DNA of 63,137 nt, filler included, from Nemertoderma westbladi (lineage: Eukaryota > Animalia > Xenacoelomorpha): NCBI GenBank assembly GCA_032718475.1. It is 4 parts of 4 records of this genome, joined end to end, with 100 filler letters (N's around TTAATTAATTAA, not from the genome) between each part and the next. Parts side by side here need not be neighbours in the genome. Positions count along the whole stretch, not along the records: positions 1 to 24,389 come from JAUCBJ010007304.1; 3 more parts are not named here. One strand, given 5' to 3'. Each line of letters begins with the position of its first letter. The first letter of the stretch is position 1. The notes under the pieces are model-generated. The model saw nothing but the letters and a program-made list of their open reading frames with translations, was not told where the DNA came from and ran no database searches. A program made the position numbers and the translations under genes. Below are positions 1-12,222 of the stretch, piece after piece.

Positions 1-217
1 AATAATACAGTAGGCTTGACCGCAAATAAATTTAAGCCCACGAATCCAGTCTCCCGGTGTTATAAACGGGTCATTTGGACGCGCATGGACTGGCTTCGGC
101 TAATGTTTTTGGTTTGTTTTTGTATTAAATCTTGTCATCTTATAAAAGGCAGTTTATCAATAAAGACATATAAATTTCGGCAGGTTAAACTGCTGAAGGT
201 CTATAAAAGCGCGTACA
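1..217 (+). mobile_element. 3' end of LTR family 'S' (structured LTR), copy 1, truncated by window edge
   Basis: Shares the blocks CCAGTCT..GGACTGG, GCAGGTTAAACTGC and AAGGTCT..AAAGCGCG.ACA with four other copies. Ends ...GCGCGTACA at 217. The duplicated flank at 3517 (AGAAGATACC) shows the empty site, which fixes the 3' boundary. Confidence 0.8.
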
Positions 218-3200
218 AGAAGATACCATGGCAACAAATACAAATAAACTCTACTCATCCGAAACACACTTTCGTGTGGATGTTTAACAAAGATTGTAAT
301 TGAATAAGTATAATACATACGTATGCAATATAGAGCTGCATTATAAATAATATTACATTCAATGTTGAAGCACTAATTCAATATGGTAGTTTTGCGTGTA
401 GTGGTAACATATTTTATTGGGATTATGTACATAAAAATAATTGAAAACTCAAAATTCATAAACAAAATTATACATTCAACAGGATACAGTAGTCACATTA
501 TGCTCTGAAATTTATTTTAGTTTTAATTTCAACTTCGAACAAAAACTGAATGCAGCAATGGAAGCTGCTGACCCGTATTCGTCAACTAAGTAATAATATA
601 TACATCACAAAATAATATAAATTGCCGCAACACAAAAAGTTATGTGGAGCTTCCAAACGTGCTTGATCGAATTATTTCAGCAGAAAATAAATATTTTGTT
701 CAACCCGCCCACCCGCCGTTGAAATATTTAGAATCTAAAATATATTTTGCTTTTGGGTTTTGACAGTCGCCAATCCTCTTCGAGGATTGGCGAAAATTGG
801 CTGTTCAGAAAATATTATTGATGTTTGTAGATGTGCTCATTGTTATTTTGGAATTGCCTATCACAATAACTGTAGAGACATGGAATAACCATTGTGCAGT
901 AAGCTAAAGTGAATACAGTAGCATGTTGTGGCAACAAACAGATAACTATTTTGTATAAGGCATATTATATTATGTGTGCTGTGGTCCCACTTTACTGTAA
1001 CGAAATGAGTTATTATTTTATCAATAGCATTGAAAAGCCAAGAAGCAATACAATAAAGTCAAGAAATATACCGCAACATATTTTAACATCACACGATGGT
1101 AAATTTAGCTATGGATCTTGTCTCAGAGATAGACTCATGCTTGTGGTTGCTATGCATTCACACCTCCGTTGCTAAGGCTTCTAGCGGGCAATAAAAATAT
1201 TTTGCAAACAAATATTGTTTGAAATTACATATTTTCAACTAATATCAATCAACTGCTTTCTCGTTGCTATGGTTGATACCTAGTTGCTATGGAAACGAAC
1301 CCCTGTTGTTACGGTGTGGTTTTCAAATATATAATGTACTTGTGTAATCAAAAAAAGGTCCACATACAAATTTTCACCGATAACCAACTAATCGTTCCTC
1401 CGTTGCTATGCAAGATACTTGTTGCTATGGAAAATGACTACTGACTATTGCCAACTTTTGTCAGTCTATCACCTATATTGCATAGTAAGCATGACATAAA
1501 CATTTTCTACCGATTTCAGTTAACTGCGATGTGGTTGCTATGGAGTATAGCTTGTTGCTATGGTAAAAGACCCCCTGTTGCTATGGTGTGGTCCCTAAGT
1601 ATATCATACAATTCTAATAATCAATGTAGGTCTATATACAAATTTTCAACAAAAAGTAACCAACACTTTGTCCGTTGCCACTGTATGTACAGGAATACGC
1701 ATCTGTTGCCATGGAAACTGACTTCAGAGTCTGGCTAACTTCGCACATGTCTGTCTACCAACTACCCAGGCATACTGTAATCTTTCAACCGACATACAAT
1801 GAGACAACGCATTGACATTTTGGATGCAAGTTATATTTGTTTTAACAAAGATTTTGTAATAATTTTGAAGCAACCTTGCTAAATTTGGTTGAGGCGTTGC
1901 CATTGGCAACATGTCATACTTACTTTGGGATCTTAGAAATTTTTTTCCGCGTCAAAAACGGTCTACTAACTGTGGAGACAGAACCATTTACAACCGCGGT
2001 GAGGAATGCCTATTATAAGTTAAGTGCTTCTATTCATACAGTGTAGCCTCCATGGCAACAGAGATATACAACGCAAAATTATAAATGCAAAAAATTATGA
2101 AAAATAGCTAAAATGTGGATTTTTTTCAGGAAATCCTTAATAACTCGAGTCCATGTTAATGAAATTCGGAGATATTTAGTGCATTCGAAAGCTAAGAGTA
2201 TTATCTATCTTTATATGTAAAGAACTCGTCATGAAACCCACGGGAAGTTACATTTTAATGAGATCGTGTTTTTTTGTGAATTTGCGTGACACCAGAATAT
2301 TGCCGTTCAATCTTGAATAAAACTGAGCCATCGGCATGAAATTTAATAAATGATACATAATTAGTTGCGTAATCACATAATCTATCGATTGGGACAGAAA
2401 AATATTGAAAAAAATATGAATGGAAGCGGCCAAAAGCGTATTTAGTACATAATAAATAATTTATTTATAACTATTTATATTAGTTATAAATAGCATGTCA
2501 CTTGTATAAATTCGCGTAATTCATTGACGCCAGGCATGTCACATGATTATATTTTCATAATTTAATAAAAAATTTCATTCAAAAATGAGACAACTATATA
2601 ATTATTCTGTTTTGAAATGTAAATGTTGAGCGAGAAGCAACCAAATTACGTTTTTAATAACCTTTTCAACTCACCTGTAACTAGTCAAGATTTTATTATT
2701 TCTTTAAAAAATTACTTATACAAGTACACGGACAAGTATATTTTCATAATTGAGAAAAACCTATTCATCAGACCATGCCGTTGATGCTGTAGCTCGACTT
2801 AAAAAAGACGAAATTAACATTACAGTGAACGGGGAGCAGAATTTATAGAAAGGCCAATAGGAGCATTCTATCACTTTAATAACAACCAATTAGAAGCCGT
2901 ATCAACCATTTGGTAGCTAAAAAAATTTGAAGAGATGACTGTGCAAAATTTCACGTTTTGGTCTATAACTTTTGACCACGTGGATGAAAATTCTTGAAAT
3001 TACGTTCAAAAGTCTTAGAATTCTGCGCTGGTCACGATGGTATATAGTTTATGCCCCGTATTACCCCGGAACACCCTAAACAGGCCCGCCTGCATCGATC
3101 ACCTATATACCTCAGATTCCGATTCGATTCGACCAAAAGGTAATGCTCGTTCCTCGGCTTTTCGCTTAAAGGGGCCCGCCCTTTGCCATTTAGTGACTTT

Positions 3201-3253
3201 GTCAGTGCAAATTGGCAACACACAGTTGCCGGTATCTGCGGGCCGTTTCCAAC
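218..3253. repeat. ~3-kb non-coding transposon-like segment, copy A
   Basis: Near-identical to 3517-6559. Contains many GTTGCTATGG motifs and a 12-bp hairpin at 767-793. Possible CACTG-type terminus at 3207. Confidence 0.85.
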
Positions 3254-3516
3254 CAGCTGATACTATGAACTATGTACTTATTCTTTTTACTTTATTTATT
3301 CTACCCTGTTTATTTATTAGCCTATATTTATTCTTTTTACTGACCTTTGGCGGATCGGATAATTTCCTATAGTGCTACAGTACTGTACTACAGTAAGTCT
3401 CCTTCTACTCAATCAAACAATACGTAACACAGTACAGTACCGGTACAGCAGCCTAGGCCTATTTCAGAACAAATCGCTGTGCACAATAATAATTAAATAA
3501 ACAAAATTCCAGAAAC

Positions 3517-6500
3517 AGAAGATACCATGGCAACAAATACAAATAAACTCTACTCATCCGGAACACACTTTCGTGTGGATGTTTAACAAAGATTGTAATT
3601 GAATAAGTATAATACATACGTTTGCAATATAGAGCTGCATTATAAATAATATTACGTTCAATGTTCATGCACTAATTCAATATGGTAGTTTTGCGTGTGG
3701 TGGTAACATATTCTATTGGGATTATGTACCATAAAAATAATTGAAAACTCAAAATTCATAAACAAAAGTGATACATTCAACAGGATACAGTAGTCACATT
3801 ATGCTCTGAAAGTTAGTTTAGTTTTATTTTCAACTTCGAACAAAAACTGAATGCAGCAATGGAAGCTGCTGGCCCATTCTCAACTAAGTAATAATACTGT
3901 ATATACATGACAAAATAATACTGTTAAATTGCCGCAACACAAAAAGTTATGTGGAGCTTCCAAACGTGCTTGATCGAATTATTTCAGCAGAAAATAAATA
4001 TTTTGTTCAACCCACCCACCCGCCGATTGAAATATTTAGAATCTAAAATATATTTTGCTTTTGGGTTTTGACAGTCGCCAATCCTCTTCGAGGATTGGCG
4101 AAAATTGGCTGTTCAGAAAATATTATTGATGTTTGTAGATGTGCTCATTGTTATTTTGGAATTGCCTATCACAATAACTGTAGAGACATGGAATAACCAT
4201 TTTGCAGTACTGTAAGGTAAAGTGAATACAGTATTATAGTATGTGGCAACAAACAGATAACTATTTTTTATAAGGTCATATTTATTATGTGCGCTGTGGT
4301 CCCTCTTTACTGTAACGAAATGAGTTTTTATTTATCAATAGAAGTTAAGCCAAATATACCGCAAGATATAAAGGAATATTTTAACATCACACGATGGAAA
4401 ATTTAGCTATGGATCTTGTCCAGAGATAGACTCATGCTTGTGGTTGCTATGTATTCACACCTCCGTTGCTAAGGCTTCTAGCGGGCAATAAAAATATTTT
4501 GCAAACAAATATTGTTTGAACTGACATATTTTCAACTAATTTCAACCAACTGCTTTCTCGTTGCTATGGTTGATACCTAGTTGCTATGGAAACGAACCCC
4601 TGTTGTTACGGTGTGGTTTTCAAATATATAATGTACTTGTGTAATCAAAAAAAGGTAAACATACAAATTTTCACCAATAACCAACTAATTGTTCATCCGT
4701 TGCTATGCAAGATACTTGTTGCTATGGAAAATGAGTACTGACTATTGCCTACTTTTGTCAGTCTATCACCTATATTGCATAGTAAGCATGACATAAACAT
4801 TTTCTACCGATTTCAGTTAACTGCGATATGGTTGCTATGGAGTATAGCTTGTTGCTATGGTAAAAGACCCCCTGTTGCTATGGTGTGGTCCCTAAGTATA
4901 TCATATAATTCTAATAATCAATGTATGTCTATATACAAATTTTCAACAAAAACCCGCCAACCCTTTGTCCGTTGCCACTGTATGTACAGGAATACACATC
5001 TGTTGCCATGGAAACTGACTTCAGAGTCTGGCTAACTTCGCACATGTCTGTCTACCAACTACCGAGGCATACTGTAATCTTTCAACCGACATACAATGAG
5101 ACAACGCATTGACATTTTGGATGCAAGTTATATTTGTTTTAACAAAGATTTTGTAATAATTTTGAAGCAACCTTCCTAAATTTGGTTGAGGCGTTGCCAT
5201 TGGCAACATGTCATACTTACTTTGGGATCTTAGAAATTTTTTTCCGCGTCAAAAACGGTCTACTAACTGTGGAGACAGAACCATTTACAACCGCGGTGAG
5301 GAATGCCTATTATAAGTTAAGTGCTTCTATCCATACAATGTAGCCTCCATGGCAACAGAGATATACAACGCAAAATTATAAATGCACAAAATTATGAAAA
5401 ATAGCTAAAATGTGGAATTTTTTCAGGAAATCCTTAATAACTCGAGTCCATGTTAATGAAATTCGGAGATATTTAGTGCATTCGAAAGCTAAGAGTATTA
5501 TCTATCTTTATATGTAAAGAACTCGTCATGAAACCCACGGGAAGTTACATTTTAATGAGATCGTGTTTTTTTGTGAATTTGCGTGACACCAGAATATTGC
5601 CGTTCAATCTTGAATAAAACTGAGCCATCGGCATGAAATTTAATAAATGATACATAATTAGTTGCGTAATCACATAATCTATCGATTGGGACAGAAAAAT
5701 ATTGAAAAAAATATGAATGGAAGCGGCCAAAAGCGTATTTATTACATAATAAATAATTTATTTATAACTATTTATATTAGTTATAAATAGCATGTCACTT
5801 GTATAAATTCGCGTAATTCATTGACGCCAGGCATGTCACATGATTATATTTTCAAAATTTAATAAAAAATTTCATTCAAAAATGAGACAACTATAAAATT
5901 ATTCTGTTTTGAAATGTAAATGTTGAGTGAGAAGCAACCAAATTGCGTTTTTAATAACCTTTTCAACTCACCTGTAACTTGTCAAGATTTTATTTTTTCT
6001 TTAAAAAAAATGTTATCATAGTACACGGACAACTATATTTTCATAATCCAGAAAAACCTTTTCATCAGACCATGCCGTTGTTGCTGTAGCTCGACTTAAA
6101 AAAGACGAAATTAACATTACAGTGAACGGGAAGCAGATTTTAGAATTGGGCCAATGAGAGCGTTCTACTATTATAGGGCCTAAGGATGGCAACCAATTAG
6201 AAGCCGTACCAACCATTCGGTAGCTAGAATAACAAAAAATATTTTGTTAAAACAACGCACGTTTTGACCCATAACGTTTGACCACGTGGATGAAAATTCT
6301 TGAAATCACGTTCAAAAGTCTTAGAATTTTGCGCTGGTCACGATGGTATATAGTTTATGCCCCGTATTAGCCCGGAACAGCTTAAACAGCCCCATTTCCA
6401 CCGATCACCTATATACCTCAGATTCCGATTCGATTCGACCAAAAAGTAATGCTCGTTCCTCGGGTTTATGCTATAAGGGGCCCGCCCTTTGCCATTTAGT

Positions 6501-6559
6501 GACTTTGTCAGTGCAAATTGGCAACACATGTTGCCGGTATCTTGCGGGCCGTTTCCAAC
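3517..6559. repeat. ~3-kb non-coding transposon-like segment, copy B; truncates the BEL gag
   Basis: Colinear with 218-3253; the same spurious ORFs recur (e.g. 1448/4745 and 2248/5545). ...GTCAGTG at 6513 (CACTGAC on the minus strand) supplies the stop codon of the gag ORF. Confidence 0.85.
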
Positions 6560-8079
6560 AAGATATGATGTTTTGCGCTGCACTTTGCACACCTTGCATC
6601 GGAGTAACAGGTTCGCCGTTGGTGTCCTCGTCTGAGGCAATTATAACACAACCGCTTATCCCACATGACTTCACGTCTATCCTTTAATGATTTCTTTAGG
6701 AATTTATCACACATATTCAAACGGTGGGGCCCGTCGCACAGCACACATTTTGGTTTGATGTTACTTACCTTACTTTGAGTAACGTTGTGCACACTCGTTC
6801 TTTCTTCGGGCTTTCTTACTTGAATTCTCTTAGGAGACGTAGGGGGAGTTTTTCTTACCTGTTCTCTCCTGTCATTGGTTCGAGACTTGAATTTACTTAC
6901 GTCCTTAGTCGCTTTGTTGTCATAGTAAGATCTTTCAGTGTCTTTCCCGCTGTCTTCCTCTTGAGAAGCCTGGCTTTCGCCGTCGTCTGTATAACACACT
7001 GGTATTACCCTTCTCCTAGAAACGGGTTTCTCACTTACCTTGTTTTCCGGTGTCTTCTCTCTGGACTGCCTTAGGAGCTGTAATTTCACTTCTCCATCTA
7101 AGAATGACATGAGATCAGCCATGGTGGGGTCTCGTCGTTGTTGTTCCATCATATATAACACTTTCTTGTCCCAGCATGTACCTACTCCACCCTTGGGCAA
7201 AGTAGATGCTAAGGCTCCTACAACCATAGAATTCTGGTATTCATGAGACTTACCTAGCCAATCTAATTGTCTACAGATCTCCTGAATCTCGTCGGAAAAC
7301 TCTATAATCTCGCTGCTAAGAAACTTTCGGGGCGCCATTAATTTCACATATAAATACCTAGCTATGTTAGTCCTATTACCATACCTGATGTTCAGTGTAT
7401 CCCAAACTTGTCTTAATCCGTCTGGATGTCCAATAAACTTTAACGCCATTAACTTGGGAGATCCTTCCAAGCACTCGATGAGGAATCTAAGTTTCTCTCC
7501 ATTAGATAGTACAGAGTTCTGTATGTTATCTTTGTAATATTCATTAAAAGGTAACCATTTCATCTCATCTCCATTGAACTTGACGATCTCTCCCACCTTT
7601 ACCGCTTGCCGGGCTTCGGTTCTAGCCATTTGACGCGTAAAACTTTCTTGGGCCATCGTGTTATTTAATATCGAGTTATCGGTATATAAATTTCTCGGAT
7701 TATGATCAGGTCTATAGGGAATATCATTATCAACATGTCTATAATTACCCTTAATAGGGTTCACTATAGGAGTTTCTACTTCGCTAGCAGTATATATGCG
7801 TGTAGGCTCCACACCTTGCGCATGAGATACTTCAGACCTAACAGGTTGACACATTGTTGCCGGGGGTGGTGGTATACCCTTTTGTAAATTTACTAATTTA
7901 TCGCGTTCTAGCGCGATACTTTGCTGCACTTCTTGCAACTCTAACCTACTTCTTTTACGGTTCCCTTTAACTGTTGAACAGTCCCTTCTAACTCTCGGAC
8001 CTGTTGGGAGGAGCGCACTCGATTCTCCTCCATCTTTCCGAGGAGAATATCCATCCCCCGCCGTCTCTCGTCTACCCAA
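6508..8079 (-). mobile_element. BEL/Pao retrotransposon Gag, C-terminal part (capsid-like DUF1759 region plus three zinc knuckles); pol not present in window
   Basis: FNGDEMKWLPF...LSNGEKLRFLIECLEG is typical of BEL/Pao gag. Knuckles: CVLCDGPHRLNMC, CYNCLRRGHQRRTC and CAKCSAKHHILL. Confidence 0.9.
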
Positions 8080-9965
8080 TCAACCGCCGAAGCGGGATCC
8101 GCCAACGTCGTAGCGGGCAGACGAGGGACTACGGGCGATATATCCTTTATATTTCGCTCGGAGTCCAGGACCGACACTGTTTCAGGGGCTGTTCCTCTAG
8201 GCACAGATAATTTGGTGCTGTGTAAAGGGAATTTAAAGGTAGGTTCTGGGAGTACAGGTGTCTCTATCACCGAAGGGGTGATTTCAAGAACAGGCCTAAT
8301 TATTTCAGGCTCATCTACTATAGTAGGGAGTCTTTCTATTTTAATTATTTGGTCTGTGGGTTCTGTACTACCTAAGTTTGTGTTATTTAGTTGCCTTCTA
8401 ACAGCTGGGGGCAAATCAGGCAATTTCTGACGGTGGGACATTCTTTTACGTCTGCTTAGGCGAGATCGATTTCCTCCGCCTTCAGGATCGGTGGTATCGC
8501 CTTCCTCAGATGATGTATAACCTTGTCTTTTGGGAGTAGATCGATTCATCATCTGCATATTACTAGCTGTTAACTGTTTATTAAAGTTGTCTTGCCTCTC
8601 TTGAAGATTTTCCAACTCTAGTTGGGTTATCTCTTCAGATGCCCTCCGTTCTGCTTCTGACACTGCTATTTTTCTTTCCGCTTCGGCTGCTGCAGCTGCC
8701 GCTTTTGCTTCTGCCGCTTTTCTATCCGCTTCTGCCGCTGCCACTGCCGCTGCTGCTGTCTTTCTATCTTCTATACGTTTTTTCTTTACTTGTTCTTCTT
8801 GAACCTTAGCGATGCGGATGCTTTCATTGAATTTAGCTTGGTTCGCAGCTATCCTATCCACATCGATTGCGTCCAACACACGCTGGGCTCCTTCACTATT
8901 AGGGCTAAGCCCCTCTAGTCTTCTCCTCAACTCTTCATCTCCTACAAAACGTTGATAGTCCGACAGATAGATGTCAATGGCATCCCTCTTATGCGGCTTC
9001 TCTGCCGCCGCTTCACTTTCCACTTGGGAAAAAGTAGCGTCTGTTGATTCTCCATGGGTTGAGCGCTCATCCAGCTGGGCTTTCCACTGAGTCGTTCCTT
9101 GCACCTGGAGGCTCACCCGTTGAAACCAAGTCTTTACGGCAACTTGCAACGACGTGTCTTGTCTTCTTTTAGAAGCCTCCTCAAAGGCCGATAAGATTAG
9201 CCTGATTCGTAGAATTCTTTCTCTAACTTGATAAAGCAGCTGTCCCTGCTCTTGAGGTCCTTGGGGTTGTTGAAACAGTTGTTTTTCTAATCGCTCCATA
9301 GAGCTTACGAATCCCTGTACGTATCCGGCTGCGGACCTCTTCCACACAGCTGGATCGATGGTTTCCTTGGTTACTCCCATCCTGTGTATATCTTCCCAGG
9401 CAGCTTCTGATAAATCAAACGGGAGTCTGGGTCTGGGGAAGTTCCATTGCGACTCGACAATAGACTTCAGTTCTTCCCTTGTGTATCCCGCATAACTATC
9501 TTTAGTCGATCGCTTACTTCTCGCCCAATCGATCTGGTGTTCTTCCACCGCAATCAATAACCTAGTGAGTACGGCTGCAGGAAGGATGAGAAGGGGATCC
9601 GAATAAACCGCATCCGTCATCTTTGCTCCGCGCTCGGGTGTCAGCTCTACAGTATCCTCACTACTGGAGCTGTCGGGCCGTTGAGAAATAAGTTCTTGGC
9701 TCGCGGGTTGTTGTTGTTCCGCTGCTTCTTGGTCCCGCTTGACCTGAGCTCTAGTGCCTATGATAGACCTACAGCGCTTCACTAACTTCGCAAATTGCGA
9801 AATTGCTTCTACTAACCTAGGTTCTGACACAGCTACTGTAGGGGTTGCCTTTCTTACAGTAGGAGGGGTCTCAGACCTCGGTCTGGGATTCTCTATACTC
9901 CTATCTGAGAAACAGACTGTTGTTTCTAGGAGACTATCTGACAGAGTTTGCCTTGTGTCAGCCAT
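7941..9965 (-). mobile_element. N-terminal part of the BEL/Pao Gag (674 aa, coiled-coil, Ala/Glu-rich), joined to the downstream gag by a frameshift near 7945
   Basis: Same strand as and overlapping the gag ORF. The coiled-coil sequence ...QQLKGTVKEV continues as RLELQEVQQSIALERDKL in the -1 frame. Confidence 0.6.
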
Positions 9966-11282
9966 GTTTGATTGTACAGTTGAATGCCTACTGCTATATT
10001 ACAGTTAAAGCAAGTTTAGTAATTCAGTATCAACTGTTAGCCTAGTAATTAATTACCGATACTGCTACTTAGTGTAGCGTGATATATGTATAATATATTA
10101 GAATACCGGTATGCTTATAGTATATATATAAGTATTATTACAGACTAGGTTTGTCACAGGATACCGGTATGTAATTCCAGCACAAATATATATAAATATA
10201 TAATAGGCCTATCGTGAATACCGGTATGCAGCTTACACTTATAGTACATATAAGTATAATTATTAACTAAAATTAATTACAGAATACCGGTATGATTTCA
10301 GCCTAAATTTATAGAAATAAATATAATAAGCCTATCGTGAATACCGGTATATCAATTATTTTGGAATAATTGAATTTCTGAATTTTTAGGGGTTACTTGG
10401 TTACTTTAACTTACTTTATTACCGTTATTTAAGCAGTAGTCCAACTGATATTTAGACCTAATTGTTGTATGGCAGGCCTACTATTTATAAATCTTTGAGT
10501 TGATTTATAATATATATATACCCGTTTAATGGGTTTTGTCAATATTTGAAATAAATGTTATTATTTCTGGGGGGAGTCACTACACAGAAGCTGTGCGCTC
10601 TCAGTGGAGTGCTACTTGTTGGACACTAAAACAAATAATTCTAATTTACCTAAGTTACTTAATACTACAAATGACGTACAATTCGGGGTGAGATTACAAT
10701 CTCTAAATAAACACAAAAATTACAAGTACGAATTTTTAGGGTAATTTTACAAGAAGTCTACAAACCAGCCTAACAAAGGGTTAGAAATCTGGTTATTACA
10801 ACGGACAGAGTACTACGGTATTTGAAAATAATAAGTAGTAGTAAATATACTGCGTTGTCCAGATAGAAAAATACCACCGTCTGACGACTTATAGCCGTGG
10901 CGCTATAAGTACTACGTTATGTATCACGGAGTGTTCCTACCTAGAAGTTAATTACCGCGGTCTACCAGAACCAATGTGCCTATTAACCACTTTACAACAC
11001 AAATATACTGCCTACACACTAATCACCTTTGGAAAGCACTGTACACTAAACCCTAAATTAGGTACAAGTGCTTATACAATAAATAATCAGTAGTTAAATA
11101 TACTTGAACAGCTAAAAGAACCACAGTATCTGCCGGAGTGACCAAAGCATAAAATCTCCAGTCTTTACCTACGCCGAGCAGCCCTGATGTAGTACCGGAG
11201 TTAGTTTAACTATAACGGTATGTATAACAAGCACAATTACTGTAGGAATAAACTTGGGGATATGAATGTTGCGAATAATAGC

Positions 11283-11870
11283 ATAAACTCTGAATAATAA
11301 ATATTACGCTACGGGTACAGACTACTCAAACAAAATGCAGACCAAATACTGACAGACTACTATCAAGCCTAAACAAACTACGGTATATGCAGACTCCGAA
11401 ATGGTTAGTTAGTATGCGTTCTAACCTAGTAGTACGACTTATTCTTTCAGAGGGGGTTTACCTCACAGCACTGGAAGCCCCTACGTTCCCAACTGGCACT
11501 TTATCGGACATACACTCTACACACACCGAAATTTCCTCAGACCTAACAACAGCCAGACAACTATCCAGCCTACAAATTATCTAAATAAGAATTATACGCT
11601 ACCCGTACAGACTACACAAACAAAGTACAGACCAAACGATGGCAGACTACTATCAAGCCTAAATAAACTACAGTATATGCAGACTCCGAAATGATTAGTT
11701 AGTATGCGTTCTAACCTAGTAGTACGACTTATTCTTTCAAAGGGGGTTTACCTCACAGCACTTGAAGCCCCTACGTTCCTAACTAGCACTTTATCGGACA
11801 GATGCTCTACACACACTGCAATCCGTTCAGACTTAACAACAGTCAGACAACAATCTAGCCTACAAATTGT
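11283..11870. repeat. ~290-bp tandem duplication in the retroelement leader
   Basis: CAGACTACTATCAAGCCTAAA...GGGGGTTTACCTCACAGCACT...AGCCTACAAATT occurs twice in tandem. Confidence 0.85.
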
Positions 11871-12222
11871 CTGTACAATCTGAGCAGGCTTACACGCCTT
11901 CTGCTCAATATTGGCCTACAAATAAATAAAAACTGACAGAAATAAGTAAAATCTCAATAAAAAACCAGGGCTGCAGTCCCTGATTAATTATTAAGGCCTA
12001 CCGGTATATAATTATCGAATCGAATAATACTGCTGTACTTGTACTGTTGTAAGTACCAGTCCGGGTGATCTGGCAGTCAGGCCTACTGGTTACCGGTCGA
12101 CCGGTACTATCAACTTGATTGCTTACGCCGCAATCAAGAAGCAATAACTGTTACTGTTCTTACCAGAACAGTATTAAACTGTATTTTTTGCCTACCCTGC
12201 AATTAGACGAAACATCCGTTAT

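Noticed and set aside
10095-10350. ATACCGGTAT repeated five times at ~55-60-nt spacing with variable spacers (CRISPR-like)
   Set aside because: The spacers are related to each other, forming a degenerate tandem repeat in the retroelement leader, and ACCGGT is common throughout this sequence.
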